Made by a program: the position numbers and the translations under genes. A stretch of 64,000 nt of DNA from Aulosira sp. ZfuVER01. Lineage in GTDB: Bacteria; Cyanobacteriota; Cyanobacteriia; Cyanobacteriales; Nostocaceae. Every line of letters begins with the position of its first letter. Positions within the stretch are counted from its first letter, which is position 1. The notes beneath the pieces were generated by a model that searched no databases, was not told where the DNA came from, and saw nothing but the letters and a program-made list of their open reading frames with translations. Positions 50,202 to 60,437 of the stretch are shown here, in pieces. The DNA lies in the NCBI GenBank assembly GCA_034530615.2, contig JAVRCV020000073.1, positions 32,001-96,000 of the forward strand, written 5' to 3'.

Positions 50202-53159
50202 TTAATTTTTAGCTGCAACAGCATTGCTCAATTTCGCTTTAAGGTCTGCCCAGCTAATACCAGCTAAACTGGGTAAAACCACATGAGCTGCACCCACTCG
50301 TTCAACGGGGCCGAGTCCTACCGTCCACATCCCAGCAGCTAAAGCAGCTTCAATGCCTGCGGCAGCATCTTCTACAACTACACATTGACTGGGTGGTAAT
50401 CCTAGCAGGTTAGCAGCGAATAGAAATAAGTCGGGTGCTGGCTTGGGTTTTTGTACACTATAACCATCTGCTATCGCATCTACTTTGTCAGCAATGCCTA
50501 GTTTTTCAACAACTGTGTGGGCATTTTTGCTAGCTGAACCAATGGCGATTTTAATTCCAGCTTGGCGCAGTTCATCTAATAAGGCGATCGCACCCGGTAA
50601 CAAATCCTGGGGTGTAATATTTTCAATAGATTCAACGTAGTAACGGTTCTTGCGCTCCATCATCTCTTGGATTTGAGCTTCCGAATACGGTCTATCTTTG
50701 ACGATTAGCATCAGTGATTCCCGACGAGACACACCCCGCAACGCCTCGTTATCCTGCCGATTAAAGGGTATCCCCTCCTCATCGGCTAGTTTCTGCCAAG
50801 CGCGATAGTGGTACTCGGCGGTATCTGTTAACACCCCATCTAAATCAAAAATTACTCCCCGAATATCAGAGGAAAGAGCCGCTTTGCTCTGTAATTCGGT
50901 TTCGGGAACCAAGTTCGAGAAACTTTCCCCCTTGCTCCCCGCACCCTGCTCCTCTGCCTCTTGTTGATGCAAATCAAACTCATGCCACTGCCCACGCCAA
51001 TGCAATCGGAATTTCAGGCGCGTCCAGCCTGGGGGTAGATGGGGATTAGCTACAGGGCCATTTTCTGTCATTTGGATGCCACCAAAGCCAAAAATCACTG
51101 CCTGCCAGATACCGCCAGCACTGGCACCGTGTATCCCTTCATTAGTATTACCCCGGACATCTAATAGATCCACCATCGCGGCTTGCATAAACCGTTCGTA
51201 AGCTTCTGCTGAGTTACCTAAATCTGAGGCTAAGATGGCGTGAATAGCTGGGCCGAGGGAAGAACCATAGGTAATATCCGTGCGCGGTGCGTAGTAGTCC
51301 CAGTTTGTCTGCAAGGTTTTTTGGTCATAGGGAAATTCCCCTGATTGGCGCATCAGATAAAGCAGCATTAACACATCTGGTTGCTTGAGTACCTGCCGCT
51401 TATTTGCTCCCTCAATACCTAAGATGGCTTGCATAGAACGAGTGCGCGGTTCGTACTCATGTAAGTCGATATCTTCCAACTTAAAAAATCCTTCGTACTG
51501 CTCGATCGTTCCTGTGGCGGGATCGTGGAGAATCCAGATATTAGCGATGATATCTTGCCAGCGCGATCGCTGTTTGATACTCAGGTGCAATTTCTCTTCT
51601 AGTTCCGCCGCGTGTGCGGGGAAGGTAGCCTTGAGCCAATCATAGACTTTGATTGCTCTTTCTAAATGCCATTGCACCATGCGGTTGGTAAAGGCATTGT
51701 TGTGAACAAACTCGTGGTATTCGTCTGCACCGATGACTCCGCGAATCTCATAGCGTTCGTATTTAGGGTTGAACTCGACTCGACTACCCCAGAATATTGC
51801 TGTATCGAGAATAATTTCTGCACCAAAATCTCGCATCCACTCATCATCGCCAGTTGCTTGCCAGTAGTACCAAACGGCGTAGGCAATATCTGCACTAATA
51901 TGAATTTCGCGATCGCGACACCAAATCCGCACATCTTCCCCGTATGGATCGTTAGGTAGCGCCCACCTGGGTGTAACTTCATCCCCAGTATCAGCACTTT
52001 CCCAGGCAAACATCGCTCCCTTGTAACCATCATGGGCTGCTTTGCGTCGCGCTCCATTCAAAGTGTGGTAGCGGTAACTAAGAAGATTTTGGGCTAAAGC
52101 TGGTTGAGTATAAGTAAAAAACGGTAGTATAAAAATTTCTGTATCCCAAAATATATGGCCGTGATAACCGAACCCAGATAGGGCTTTGGCTGGAATACTT
52201 ACCTTGTCATCATTTTTTGGGGCGGCAATTAATAGCTGAAACAGATTGTAGCGGACAGCAAAAGCAGCTATACTATCGCCTTCAATCGCAATATCACTTT
52301 TTTGCCAAATCTCATGCCATGCCTGTTCTTGGGCTTGGAGTAGTGTTACATAGTTAGGTAAGAGCCTCAGTTTTTCTTGGGCTGCTTTTTCTGGTACAGC
52401 AACTTCCCGCGAGGTAAAAACTGTAACTACCTTCTCTGCCGTCACTGTCTGGTTTGATGTCGCTGAGAATGTCGCACTCAAGGTAGGATACCCTGGTGCG
52501 CTGTTAACCTGCAAAGATGCCTCCGCTCCAGAAATTGTCAACTTAGCTGCCAGACCGATATCAATTCTTGAGTTGCGGGTGCGGCGATGCAACCAAACAC
52601 CTTGCTCAGTCTTGTCTTGTTCTAGCCATTCCCAGTGATTAAAACCAGGATTTTCTGGATAGCCGTTGATGCTAGCCTGAATTTCAATCAAACCATCAAA
52701 ATCTAGGGGTGTAACTTGACAGCGTTGCCCTAAAACGTGCTGATCTGCCATGCTGGCGAAGCGTTCAAAATGTAGGTCTATCGTGCTTCCTGTAGGACTG
52801 CGCCAACGTACAGAACGGCTCAGAAGACCCCGGCGCACATCAAGTTGCCGATTATATTTTAATATCTCTCCTCGATCGAGGCGGAAGCGATCGCCATTAA
52901 TCGTCACTACCAGTGGTAGCCAGTCAGGACAGTTAACCAGTTCTGTGTAAACTACAGGCACTTCATCATAGACACCGTGGATGAAGGTAGCTGGTAATGC
53001 CCGCATATAACCTTCTTCAAAGCTACCCCGTGTTCCCAGATAACCATTGCCAATTGTGAACATGGTTTCTCGGCAGTGCAACTGCTCAGGGTCAAACTGG
53101 GTTTCGGTTAATATCCAATCTTTATAGATAAAATGGCGAGAACGACCTGTTATATCCAT
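50202..53159 (-). CDS. GH65 disaccharide phosphorylase fused to beta-phosphoglucomutase
   Basis: GNGYLGTRG, YHGHIFWDTE, GADEYH, KQPDV; C-terminal HAD FDLDGVLTDTAEYH, KPAPD, VEDA. Confidence 0.92.
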   Translation of the reverse strand: MDITGRSRHFIYKDWILTETQFDPEQLHCRETMFTIGNGYLGTRGSFEEGYMRALPATFIHGVYDEVPVVYTELVNCPDWLPLVVTINGDRFRLDRGEILKYNRQLDVRRGLLSRSVRWRSPTGSTIDLHFERFASMADQHVLGQRCQVTPLDFDGLIEIQASINGYPENPGFNHWEWLEQDKTEQGVWLHRRTRNSRIDIGLAAKLTISGAEASLQVNSAPGYPTLSATFSATSNQTVTAEKVVTVFTSREVAVPEKAAQEKLRLLPNYVTLLQAQEQAWHEIWQKSDIAIEGDSIAAFAVRYNLFQLLIAAPKNDDKVSIPAKALSGFGYHGHIFWDTEIFILPFFTYTQPALAQNLLSYRYHTLNGARRKAAHDGYKGAMFAWESADTGDEVTPRWALPNDPYGEDVRIWCRDREIHISADIAYAVWYYWQATGDDEWMRDFGAEIILDTAIFWGSRVEFNPKYERYEIRGVIGADEYHEFVHNNAFTNRMVQWHLERAIKVYDWLKATFPAHAAELEEKLHLSIKQRSRWQDIIANIWILHDPATGTIEQYEGFFKLEDIDLHEYEPRTRSMQAILGIEGANKRQVLKQPDVLMLLYLMRQSGEFPYDQKTLQTNWDYYAPRTDITYGSSLGPAIHAILASDLGNSAEAYERFMQAAMVDLLDVRGNTNEGIHGASAGGIWQAVIFGFGGIQMTENGPVANPHLPPGWTRLKFRLHWRGQWHEFDLHQQEAEEQGAGSKGESFSNLVPETELQSKAALSSDIRGVIFDLDGVLTDTAEYHYRAWQKLADEEGIPFNRQDNEALRGVSRRESLMLIVKDRPYSEAQIQEMMERKNRYYVESIENITPQDLLPGAIALLDELRQAGIKIAIGSASKNAHTVVEKLGIADKVDAIADGYSVQKPKPAPDLFLFAANLLGLPPSQCVVVEDAAAGIEAALAAGMWTVGLGPVERVGAAHVVLPSLAGISWADLKAKLSNAVAAKN

Positions 53160-53303
53160 CTCAATCTCTTTAGTTGTCATTTGTCATTAGGCATTAGGGC
53201 ATTGGGCATTGGGCAAAAAGGGAATAGGCAATAGTCAAGATTTATTAGTTATTTCTCTCTTGTCCCCCTTGTCTCTTTCATCCTCCTCAACCCCTCTGCT
53301 TCA

Positions 53304-55715
53304 CTAACGATGCATATGCTGTTCTAAAATCATCTCGGCTCTGGGTTTATAAATCTGATGGAATAAGTTATCCACGTAGCGGACTCTCGCTTCGGTATTT
53401 TCTGGTGCTACAAAATTCCAGAAACTGTAGATTTTAGCCAGCAAAAGTAACTGATTGCTGTGTATCCGCCAGTTGTACTTATTATGAATGCGTTGGATCA
53501 TCCAATCCGAGACTTCATCCCATTGTTCGGGATGAGCATCGCATTGATTGAAGAAATCCAACATTCTGTTAGCAGATCCTTCTAAATCTGTAGGGTTGAG
53601 AGTAAATTTATGTTCTCGCTCCTCAATAATTTCTAAAGCACCACCAAATTGAGTGGCGAAAGTTGGCAACCCAGAAATCATCGCTTCCAAAATACTTCTA
53701 CCAAAGGCTTCAAATCGGGCAAAGTGGACATAAATACCTTTTTTATCAGCAACTACTCGGTAGGCTTCGCCAATCTCACCGCTAGGCAGACGCATCCCCA
53801 GCCACCTGATATGACCTTGGAGATGGTATTGCTCGATAATATCGTGAAGTTTTTGAATTTCTGCGGCTTCTTCAGCGTTGATGGCTTCTGATGTGTGTAA
53901 CTTGCTGGTTAATATCAACAAGTTGCAATGCTCTTGCAAAGCCTGACTTTTACCAAAGCACTCAGCCAAGCCAGTCAGATTTTTGATTGAGATAATCGGA
54001 GCTACAGACAAAATCGGTCGCTTATCAGGGTTATCTAAGTGACCCCAAATTTGCGGATCTTCGCGGTGAAAAAGCAAGTCTTTGAGATTTTGGCGCAGAT
54101 TCGGCTCTCGATTTTCCAAACGCCTGAAAGGGAAAAAGATGTCTTCGTTTACACCTGGTGGTACTACGTTGAACTTATGACTAAATAGATCGATGCCATC
54201 AATCACGTGATACAGCTGGGGCATCGTAAAACATTTGTATGACTCATACTGTCCGATATTGTCTGGTGTGCCGACAATTTCTTGGTAGGACGAAGTAACA
54301 ATAAAGTCGGCGGCATTCATGTTGATTAAATCAGCAGTGAACTGTGCCGAGAAGTGGTATCTTTCCTCTAAATCTTGCCAGTAAAGATTGCTAAATAGGT
54401 GTTTCGGCTTTTCTAAAGCGTGAGCAATATGGCAATGAGTAACTTTAAGCCGTTTGGCAAGGAGAAAAGCGACTAAGTTGCCATCGGTGTAGTTACCAAT
54501 TAATAGATGTGGGTTGCCTTTAAATTCAGTTAGTAGTTCTTGTTCTGCATCTTGGGCAAATGTTTCTAAATAAGGCCAAATCTCAAATTTAGAAATCCAA
54601 TTATTAGTAATTTCGGGGTTGAATTCTGCAAAAGGTACACGCAATATCCAACCATTTTCTGTACCCTCGATTTTTTCCCGCCGGAGATTACATTCTGTGC
54701 CTTCGCAGTTAGGAATCAGTCGGGTGAGAACAATTACATGGGGTTGAATATCCAAAAGGTCAAGACCTGAAAGTTGAATTTCTGCCCGTAGTTTGTTTTC
54801 TAAGCTGCGCGCTTGTTCCAACACATAAACAACTTGACCTAGTGTTTCATCTCTACCTACAACTCCCTCTTGCGCTACCCAGCCGTGTATGGAAATCAGC
54901 ACCACACGAAAGACTGCGGGAATCCGAGCCACAAATGCTTCAAGGATTGCTGGCTGTGGATTGTCAAGAAAGCGTTGCAAAAGTTCTAGAGTTTCGCGCA
55001 TTCGCGAAGCTGTGTTACCCCAACCTGGTTCAAAACCGAGTTCTTCGAGTTCAAAGCGAAATTTTTCGTAGGGTGTGTCAGGATGTTGCTGACTGAGGAA
55101 TTTGAGGACTTGCTGAATTTTTTGGGCTAACTGAGTACCTGAATGAATGCGATCGTTGATCAGCATTTCAATACCATCAAAACTCAGCCGATGTAGTACT
55201 TTAAATAAAACCTCTAAACAGTAGTGAGGGTCTGTAAAGACTTGACTGCAAAGATAACGGTTGAGAAAGGCTAAACCTTGACCAATATTTCTTGGGTCGC
55301 TAATGGTTGGGGAATTAGCGTAAAAGGGATGAAGGTCTATATCTAGAATGTGGGGTTGGTAGCGATTAACTAGGCGATCTCTGACATCTAGCAATTCTTG
55401 AGGTGTCATGAGTTCAAATTTAGTAAATTCTTCTGTTAGTCGCCAAACCTCCTGACTACCAATCCTGGGACGAACAACGAACCAAGTATTTTCCTCTTCT
55501 AAAATGATTTCATGACAGTAGTGAATAAGTTTACCTACAGAAGAAGAATTGTAAAAGTACGTAGGCTTATGAGATTGCTGGCAATAGTCAGCAAAAGCTT
55601 GTAAAATCTCATTTCTTAAGAAATAACGCTTATCTGTGGCACTAAGCGCCAAAATCAACTGACGCAGAGCAGTTTTATCATCACTGTTTAAGGCAGCTTG
55701 AACTAGTTCATACAT
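53304..55715 (-). CDS. susB: Sucrose synthase (SuS-B type)
   Basis: IGQGLAFLNRYL, GQVVYVLEQAR, WISKFEIWPYLE, HALEK, FEAFG; 803 aa next to GH65 gene. Confidence 0.88.
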   Translation of the reverse strand: MYELVQAALNSDDKTALRQLILALSATDKRYFLRNEILQAFADYCQQSHKPTYFYNSSSVGKLIHYCHEIILEEENTWFVVRPRIGSQEVWRLTEEFTKFELMTPQELLDVRDRLVNRYQPHILDIDLHPFYANSPTISDPRNIGQGLAFLNRYLCSQVFTDPHYCLEVLFKVLHRLSFDGIEMLINDRIHSGTQLAQKIQQVLKFLSQQHPDTPYEKFRFELEELGFEPGWGNTASRMRETLELLQRFLDNPQPAILEAFVARIPAVFRVVLISIHGWVAQEGVVGRDETLGQVVYVLEQARSLENKLRAEIQLSGLDLLDIQPHVIVLTRLIPNCEGTECNLRREKIEGTENGWILRVPFAEFNPEITNNWISKFEIWPYLETFAQDAEQELLTEFKGNPHLLIGNYTDGNLVAFLLAKRLKVTHCHIAHALEKPKHLFSNLYWQDLEERYHFSAQFTADLINMNAADFIVTSSYQEIVGTPDNIGQYESYKCFTMPQLYHVIDGIDLFSHKFNVVPPGVNEDIFFPFRRLENREPNLRQNLKDLLFHREDPQIWGHLDNPDKRPILSVAPIISIKNLTGLAECFGKSQALQEHCNLLILTSKLHTSEAINAEEAAEIQKLHDIIEQYHLQGHIRWLGMRLPSGEIGEAYRVVADKKGIYVHFARFEAFGRSILEAMISGLPTFATQFGGALEIIEEREHKFTLNPTDLEGSANRMLDFFNQCDAHPEQWDEVSDWMIQRIHNKYNWRIHSNQLLLLAKIYSFWNFVAPENTEARVRYVDNLFHQIYKPRAEMILEQHMHR

Positions 55716-56405
55716 GACTAATCCCAGAACTCTAATTAGGTTACGACCTCATTAATTCTCTCCTCAACACAAATTGAACCGCGATCGCTGGTGTTTAGAG
55801 GTACATTTCCCCTTTGATTGTAGATAAGGAATCAAACCCTTTACTTCTAGCTTTAGGATGAGAATTTACACTCCTGTCCTTTGAAGTATACTGACCTGAA
55901 AAATAGAGAATAGGAAACGGAGAACAGGGGAAGAAGAAAAGAAAAAAGGTATTTTTATGCGTGCTAGTTCATCAGTACTACAAGCTGGTCTCCCAACCTA
56001 GGTAAATGGTGTTAGCGTAGCAGTAACGACATAATTCTACGGAGAAGCAAGCTACGTGTAGTGTCTTTGCAGAAGAAGAGGGTTCTCGCTGGGTAGGGTA
56101 TAAGCAGTTTATCGGGACTATTGGCGAATAGCGTTCAGACCCATCAGTGCGAAGTATCTACATCTATAAAAACACTGTAACATCTGAGAATAAATGTCTT
56201 TTTATTTTCAAGGCAGTGCTACTATTGCTATTCATTAAACTTTAAACAAATATCTCTTACAGGCTTATATATCTTTAGTTGTTAGCTATTACTTCATCAA
56301 AATTTTACATAAAATTAAGTATATTTATCCAACACAAAGATAATCTTTCAAAGTTAGAAATGAACGAGGAATAATGCAATCATAGTTTCAGAAAATAATT
56401 AGTCT

Positions 56406-57113
56406 ATGAATTCCAAAATTTTTCAAGCTTTAGCTACTGCTACAACCTTTGCAGGTATTGTCGCTACAAGTGGGGTGGCTAATGCAGCTACTATCACCAG
56501 TTCAAGTTCTACAGGATTTGGGCTAACAAATATTATTGATTCACCTCTTAGCATCCAAAAGTTCGATGCATCTCTTGGTACTCTCAAGAGTGTAAAACTA
56601 GAATTTACTGGCGACTTATTGGGAACCGCAAGATTTGAAAATCTCAGCCCCAGTGCAACTCCAGTAACAGTCAATCTTGCGAGTAACCTAGGCTTAAAAC
56701 TAAATAATCAGTCTTTGTTTGCTCTCAATCCCCAAAATTCCTTTAATTACCAAGTTGGGGCATTTGATAGCACTCTAGATTTTGGCGGCACTTCTGGAAA
56801 AAGTGTTACAGGATTATCAGCCTCACAATCTGATACAAAAACCTACACTGATAGCCAATTTTTGCAGTCTTTTATTGGTGGTGGTAACTTGGAATTTTTG
56901 TTCTCAGCTTTAGCTCAATCAGGTGTTACAGGCTCGGGTAACATGATTTCCTCTATCACCACAGAAGCAAAAGCAGATATAAGAGTCACGTATGACTATG
57001 ATGATTTAAAGTCTGTACCCGAACCATCTGCTGCTCTTGGGCTTGGCTTAATTGCAGGAATTGGTATGCTGGCCAAAAACAAGAAAAACCGACTCAAGAT
57101 CTCAACTTTTTAG
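56406..57113 (+). CDS. PEP-CTERM sorting domain protein
   Basis: Signal peptide; C-terminal VPEPSAALGLGLIAGIGML + basic tail. Confidence 0.92.
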   Translation: MNSKIFQALATATTFAGIVATSGVANAATITSSSSTGFGLTNIIDSPLSIQKFDASLGTLKSVKLEFTGDLLGTARFENLSPSATPVTVNLASNLGLKLNNQSLFALNPQNSFNYQVGAFDSTLDFGGTSGKSVTGLSASQSDTKTYTDSQFLQSFIGGGNLEFLFSALAQSGVTGSGNMISSITTEAKADIRVTYDYDDLKSVPEPSAALGLGLIAGIGMLAKNKKNRLKISTF

Positions 57114-57241
57114 ACTTTCTAAGCCAGAGAATTAACAAACTGATGCTACATATAGCATAATAACCAAAGTATAATACTAGTTTTATACTTTGATTAGACG
57201 TGCAGTTTTTTCAGATGATTTTGATAGTTTTTCTACATCTT

Positions 57242-57271
57242 AACCCGGATTAGTGGCAATCCGGGTTTTTG
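57242..57271 (+). terminator. Rho-independent terminator
   Basis: aacccggatt-N6-aatccgggtt then T tract. Confidence 0.8.
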
Positions 57272-57383
57272 CTGTTTTGCGAATCGAAAACTCTAATTAA
57301 AAGAATACCTAATTAGTCGTAATCTAGCACTACTGCCCAGAGCCTGTTAACCTCTTACTGGGAGTTCAAAACTTGGGGAATTT

Positions 57384-58259
57384 ATGGATAAAGCAGCTGC
57401 TACTCATTTTGCATCAACTGGCAACTCAGCTATAACTACAGAAGAAATTAAACTACTGGTTTTAGATATAGATGGCACAATTTCTGGGAAGTCTAACACC
57501 ATTAGTAAACCTGTAAAGCAAGCGATCGCCGCAGCGCAAGCACGAGGTATTCAGGTGGCGATCGCTACTGGTAGAATGTATCGTTCGGCTTTGCGTTTTC
57601 ACCAAGAAATTGGCTCTGTTTTACCGTTAGCAGCATATCAGGGAGCTTGGATTCAAGATCCAGCCACCGATAAAATTCATCGCCATTCAACTGTTTCTAG
57701 AGAAATTGCATCTCAGCTACTAGACTATTTTGAACAGCCGCAGTTGCGATCGCTTTTATCTGTTCACTTCTATATCAACGACCAGCTTTATGTGCGAGAG
57801 TTAACAACAGAAACCAAAATCTACGCAGAACGTTCTGGTATTACCGCGATTCCCGTAGGTGATTTGCGTCAAGCCTTAAATAATGAACCTACAAAAGTTT
57901 TGGCTTTGTGTGATGACACTGATGTGATCGACAAAATATTAGGCAATTTGCGCCGTCAATACACACCTGCTGAACTTTACCTCACAACATCTGTTGCTAC
58001 CTTTTTTGAAGCGACTAACGCCTCTGTAAACAAGGGAACTGCTGTGCGTTACCTAGCAGAAGAATTACTAGGATTGCAAAGTGCTAACGTTATGACTATT
58101 GGTGATAACTTCAATGATTTGGAAATGCTAGAGTATGCTGGCATTGGCGTAGCTATGGGTAATGCACCAGCAGGAGTACGAGGTATTGCTAACTGGGTAG
58201 CTCCTACTGTAGAGGAAGATGGAGCCGCAGTAGCAATTGAACAATTTTTACTATCTTAG
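57384..58259 (+). CDS. Cof-type HAD-IIB hydrolase
   Basis: LDIDGT, ATGR, NKGTA, GDNFNDLEML, AMGNA. Confidence 0.93.
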   Translation: MDKAAATHFASTGNSAITTEEIKLLVLDIDGTISGKSNTISKPVKQAIAAAQARGIQVAIATGRMYRSALRFHQEIGSVLPLAAYQGAWIQDPATDKIHRHSTVSREIASQLLDYFEQPQLRSLLSVHFYINDQLYVRELTTETKIYAERSGITAIPVGDLRQALNNEPTKVLALCDDTDVIDKILGNLRRQYTPAELYLTTSVATFFEATNASVNKGTAVRYLAEELLGLQSANVMTIGDNFNDLEMLEYAGIGVAMGNAPAGVRGIANWVAPTVEEDGAAVAIEQFLLS

Positions 58260-58284
58260 GAGCGATCTAAAAAACTTGCCCTAT

Positions 58285-58355
58285 AAAATCAGAAAGGACA
58301 CCGACGACTGGCCGTGTTTCGTCTCGGTGCCCCTGCTGGTTCGCTCCTCACACAC
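58285..58355 (-). ncRNA. Yfr2-like small RNA
   Basis: 5' GTGTGAGGAG motif, internal GAAACAC, terminal hairpin ggcaccga...tcggtgtc + T tract, own promoter. Confidence 0.7.
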
Positions 58356-58360
58356 CTGAT

Positions 58361-58389
58361 AATATAGCCGATGTGATTAATTGAGTCAA
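58361..58389 (-). promoter_or_regulatory. Sigma70-type promoter of the sRNA
   Basis: TTGACT-N17-TATATT on - strand. Confidence 0.75.
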
Positions 58390-58465
58390 TAGCTGTTATA
58401 TAAATTTATATTTCTTTCTTCAGAGGGTTTACTGACAAATACCATACTAATAAAGACTACTTTGT

Positions 58466-59428
58466 TCATAACTCTAAAGGAGCAAAAACTCCTAGTTTTT
58501 CTTCTAGCAATAACCTGAATACAGACTGAGTAGCCATGACCAATCCGAGTCTGGCTTGAGCTAGCAGTGGTGACGAAATTTTTACCTTGCCCCAAATGCG
58601 GCACTGGCTCCAGAAATTTTCAAAAGCTTGGCTCAAATTCAGCGCGGCTTTTTCCCAATTAACTGAACCGCCAAAAGCATCGCATTTGAGATCGTCTACT
58701 ACCTGTACTAACTCACCAATCAAATGACTTTCCGCTGGGTGATTGAGGCGAAGTTTTTCATCATTGTTAAGCCAAGGTATAGGGTTGGGACAAAGGATGC
58801 TCCACAAAGCTTGACCGGAAATGCTGAGTAGTGGTTTTTGCTTGTCAAAATTTATTTCTGTATCTGTAAGCACATCTCTAAGTTGAATTAATTCCTCGCG
58901 GTGAGCCTGCTGTAATAGAGAACAGCAACGTGCATGGGCGTATTGCACAGCAAACAAGCGTTGTGGATTTGTAATTGTAGAACGATCTGTTTTGTCCATC
59001 TGTCGATCTAGCTTTAAACTTCCCACAGCGAGATGTTGTAACCAAGCCGCTAAAATTGAGTGAGTCAATTCTAAATAAATCCAGCCTGGGGGAACTACTT
59101 GAATCTTAAAAACGTCACCGCGAGTCGCCAATAAGTCGGAGGCGATCGCATTAGCTATCTCCACAGCTTTTTGATTCTGAGATTTTTCTAGCCGCAGGGC
59201 TATACCAGAAATATATAAAATTCTTTTTTCATCTCTACCTTTGTATAGAGGAAATTTATTATGTTTTATGCATAAGCTTTCTGCTTGATAGGAATAAACA
59301 CTTAGATATTGTTGTATATGGCTGTATGTTAACTGCTTAATTGCTGTGTATTTACTAACTAGTAACTGAAAATGCACGTAGTTCTTGATGAAGACAGCCT
59401 CATCTCCAATTTCTTGATTTTCTGTCAT
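58466..59428 (-). CDS. DALR anticodon-binding domain protein (ArgRS-like, no catalytic core)
   Basis: PPGWIYL, VQYAHARCCSLL, ARLGLV...LGVFAPLEL; no HIGH motif. Confidence 0.8.
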   Translation of the reverse strand: MTENQEIGDEAVFIKNYVHFQLLVSKYTAIKQLTYSHIQQYLSVYSYQAESLCIKHNKFPLYKGRDEKRILYISGIALRLEKSQNQKAVEIANAIASDLLATRGDVFKIQVVPPGWIYLELTHSILAAWLQHLAVGSLKLDRQMDKTDRSTITNPQRLFAVQYAHARCCSLLQQAHREELIQLRDVLTDTEINFDKQKPLLSISGQALWSILCPNPIPWLNNDEKLRLNHPAESHLIGELVQVVDDLKCDAFGGSVNWEKAALNLSQAFENFWSQCRIWGKVKISSPLLAQARLGLVMATQSVFRLLLEEKLGVFAPLEL

Positions 59429-59508
59429 CTATCAAAAGTTATAAGTTTCTTCTTGATAAAGAAAAATGAGAGTAGAATAAAATTTGATGAATATTCAATG
59501 AATAGTGG

Positions 59509-59522
59509 GTAAACTTTACTAC
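59509..59522. promoter_or_regulatory. Putative NtcA-type binding site upstream of devH
   Basis: GTA-AACTTTAC-TAC (GTA-N8-TAC); no perfectly spaced -10 seen. Confidence 0.45.
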
Positions 59523-59688
59523 CATCATTGTACAGTAAGAAGTATAACAAAAAGAGTAGAGAGCAATTTGCTTTCTGTTCTTTGGATGGCTGGCGCTGTT
59601 AGGCGTTAAGCCTGCCTCGCCAACACAAAGACACTCCTTGCACCTTTTTATGACGTCTTTGTCTTCAGCCGAACGCTCTTTGTTACCT

Positions 59689-60408
59689 ATGCAATCTCCA
59701 TCCTCCTTTTCAGAGGCTTCACGTCCTTTTTTGACTTGGCAACGCATTCTTGATTGGGCTCAAGAACACTACCGCTGCCGCACTTTCAGCAAAGATGAGC
59801 GCATTCCAGCTAGACCTGGATTGCTATATTTGGTGCAAAGAGGTGCGATTCGTATGGTAGGAACCGCCCAAGTCAGCGCTACTGCCAGTCAGTTAACGTC
59901 TCGACGCATCAACAGAACCCCAGAAGAAGCTTTCTTGGGTTTTGTCGGAGCCGGACAACCGTTTGAAATTGTTGCTCAGTCACCATTCACACTCCAGGCT
60001 TACGCCCATGTTGACCAAACTGCGGTGCTGTGGATGTACTGGCACGACTTGGATAACTGGCCTCACTTCCGCCGCGAAGTTATGGATGCCTTTAGATATC
60101 AGCACCAACGTAAGTTGCTGTGGCTGAGTGCCTTGGGACAACGGCGCACAATTGACCGACTCTTAGGATTCCTCACTTTGTTAATTGAGGAATATGGAGA
60201 GCCAGCAATGAGCGAAACCGATCCCGATGTTATCCGTGGCTATTGTCTGCCTTTCCCCCTGACCCATGCCCAAATTGGTAGTGCGATCGGTTCGACTCGT
60301 GTTACCGTTACCCGTTTAATGGGCAAGTTACGTCAACGCGGCTTAATCCTTACCCAAGGAGATAATCTAATTTGCTTACCAGCAGAGTCGATTAATAGAG
60401 CCAGCTAA
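59689..60408 (+). CDS. devH: Crp/NtcA-family regulator DevH
   Basis: MQSPSSFSEASRPFLTWQRILDWAQEH...LTHAQIGSAIGSTRVTVTRL, 239 aa. Confidence 0.9.
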   Translation: MQSPSSFSEASRPFLTWQRILDWAQEHYRCRTFSKDERIPARPGLLYLVQRGAIRMVGTAQVSATASQLTSRRINRTPEEAFLGFVGAGQPFEIVAQSPFTLQAYAHVDQTAVLWMYWHDLDNWPHFRREVMDAFRYQHQRKLLWLSALGQRRTIDRLLGFLTLLIEEYGEPAMSETDPDVIRGYCLPFPLTHAQIGSAIGSTRVTVTRLMGKLRQRGLILTQGDNLICLPAESINRAS

Positions 60409-60437
60409 AGTTCAGATCTGCTGTCAATAAGCAGGTG

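Noticed and set aside
58342..58355. Yfr1 sRNA on the + strand (gctcctcacac)
   Set aside because: Mismatch to ACTCCTCACAC; promoter and terminator both point to the - strand
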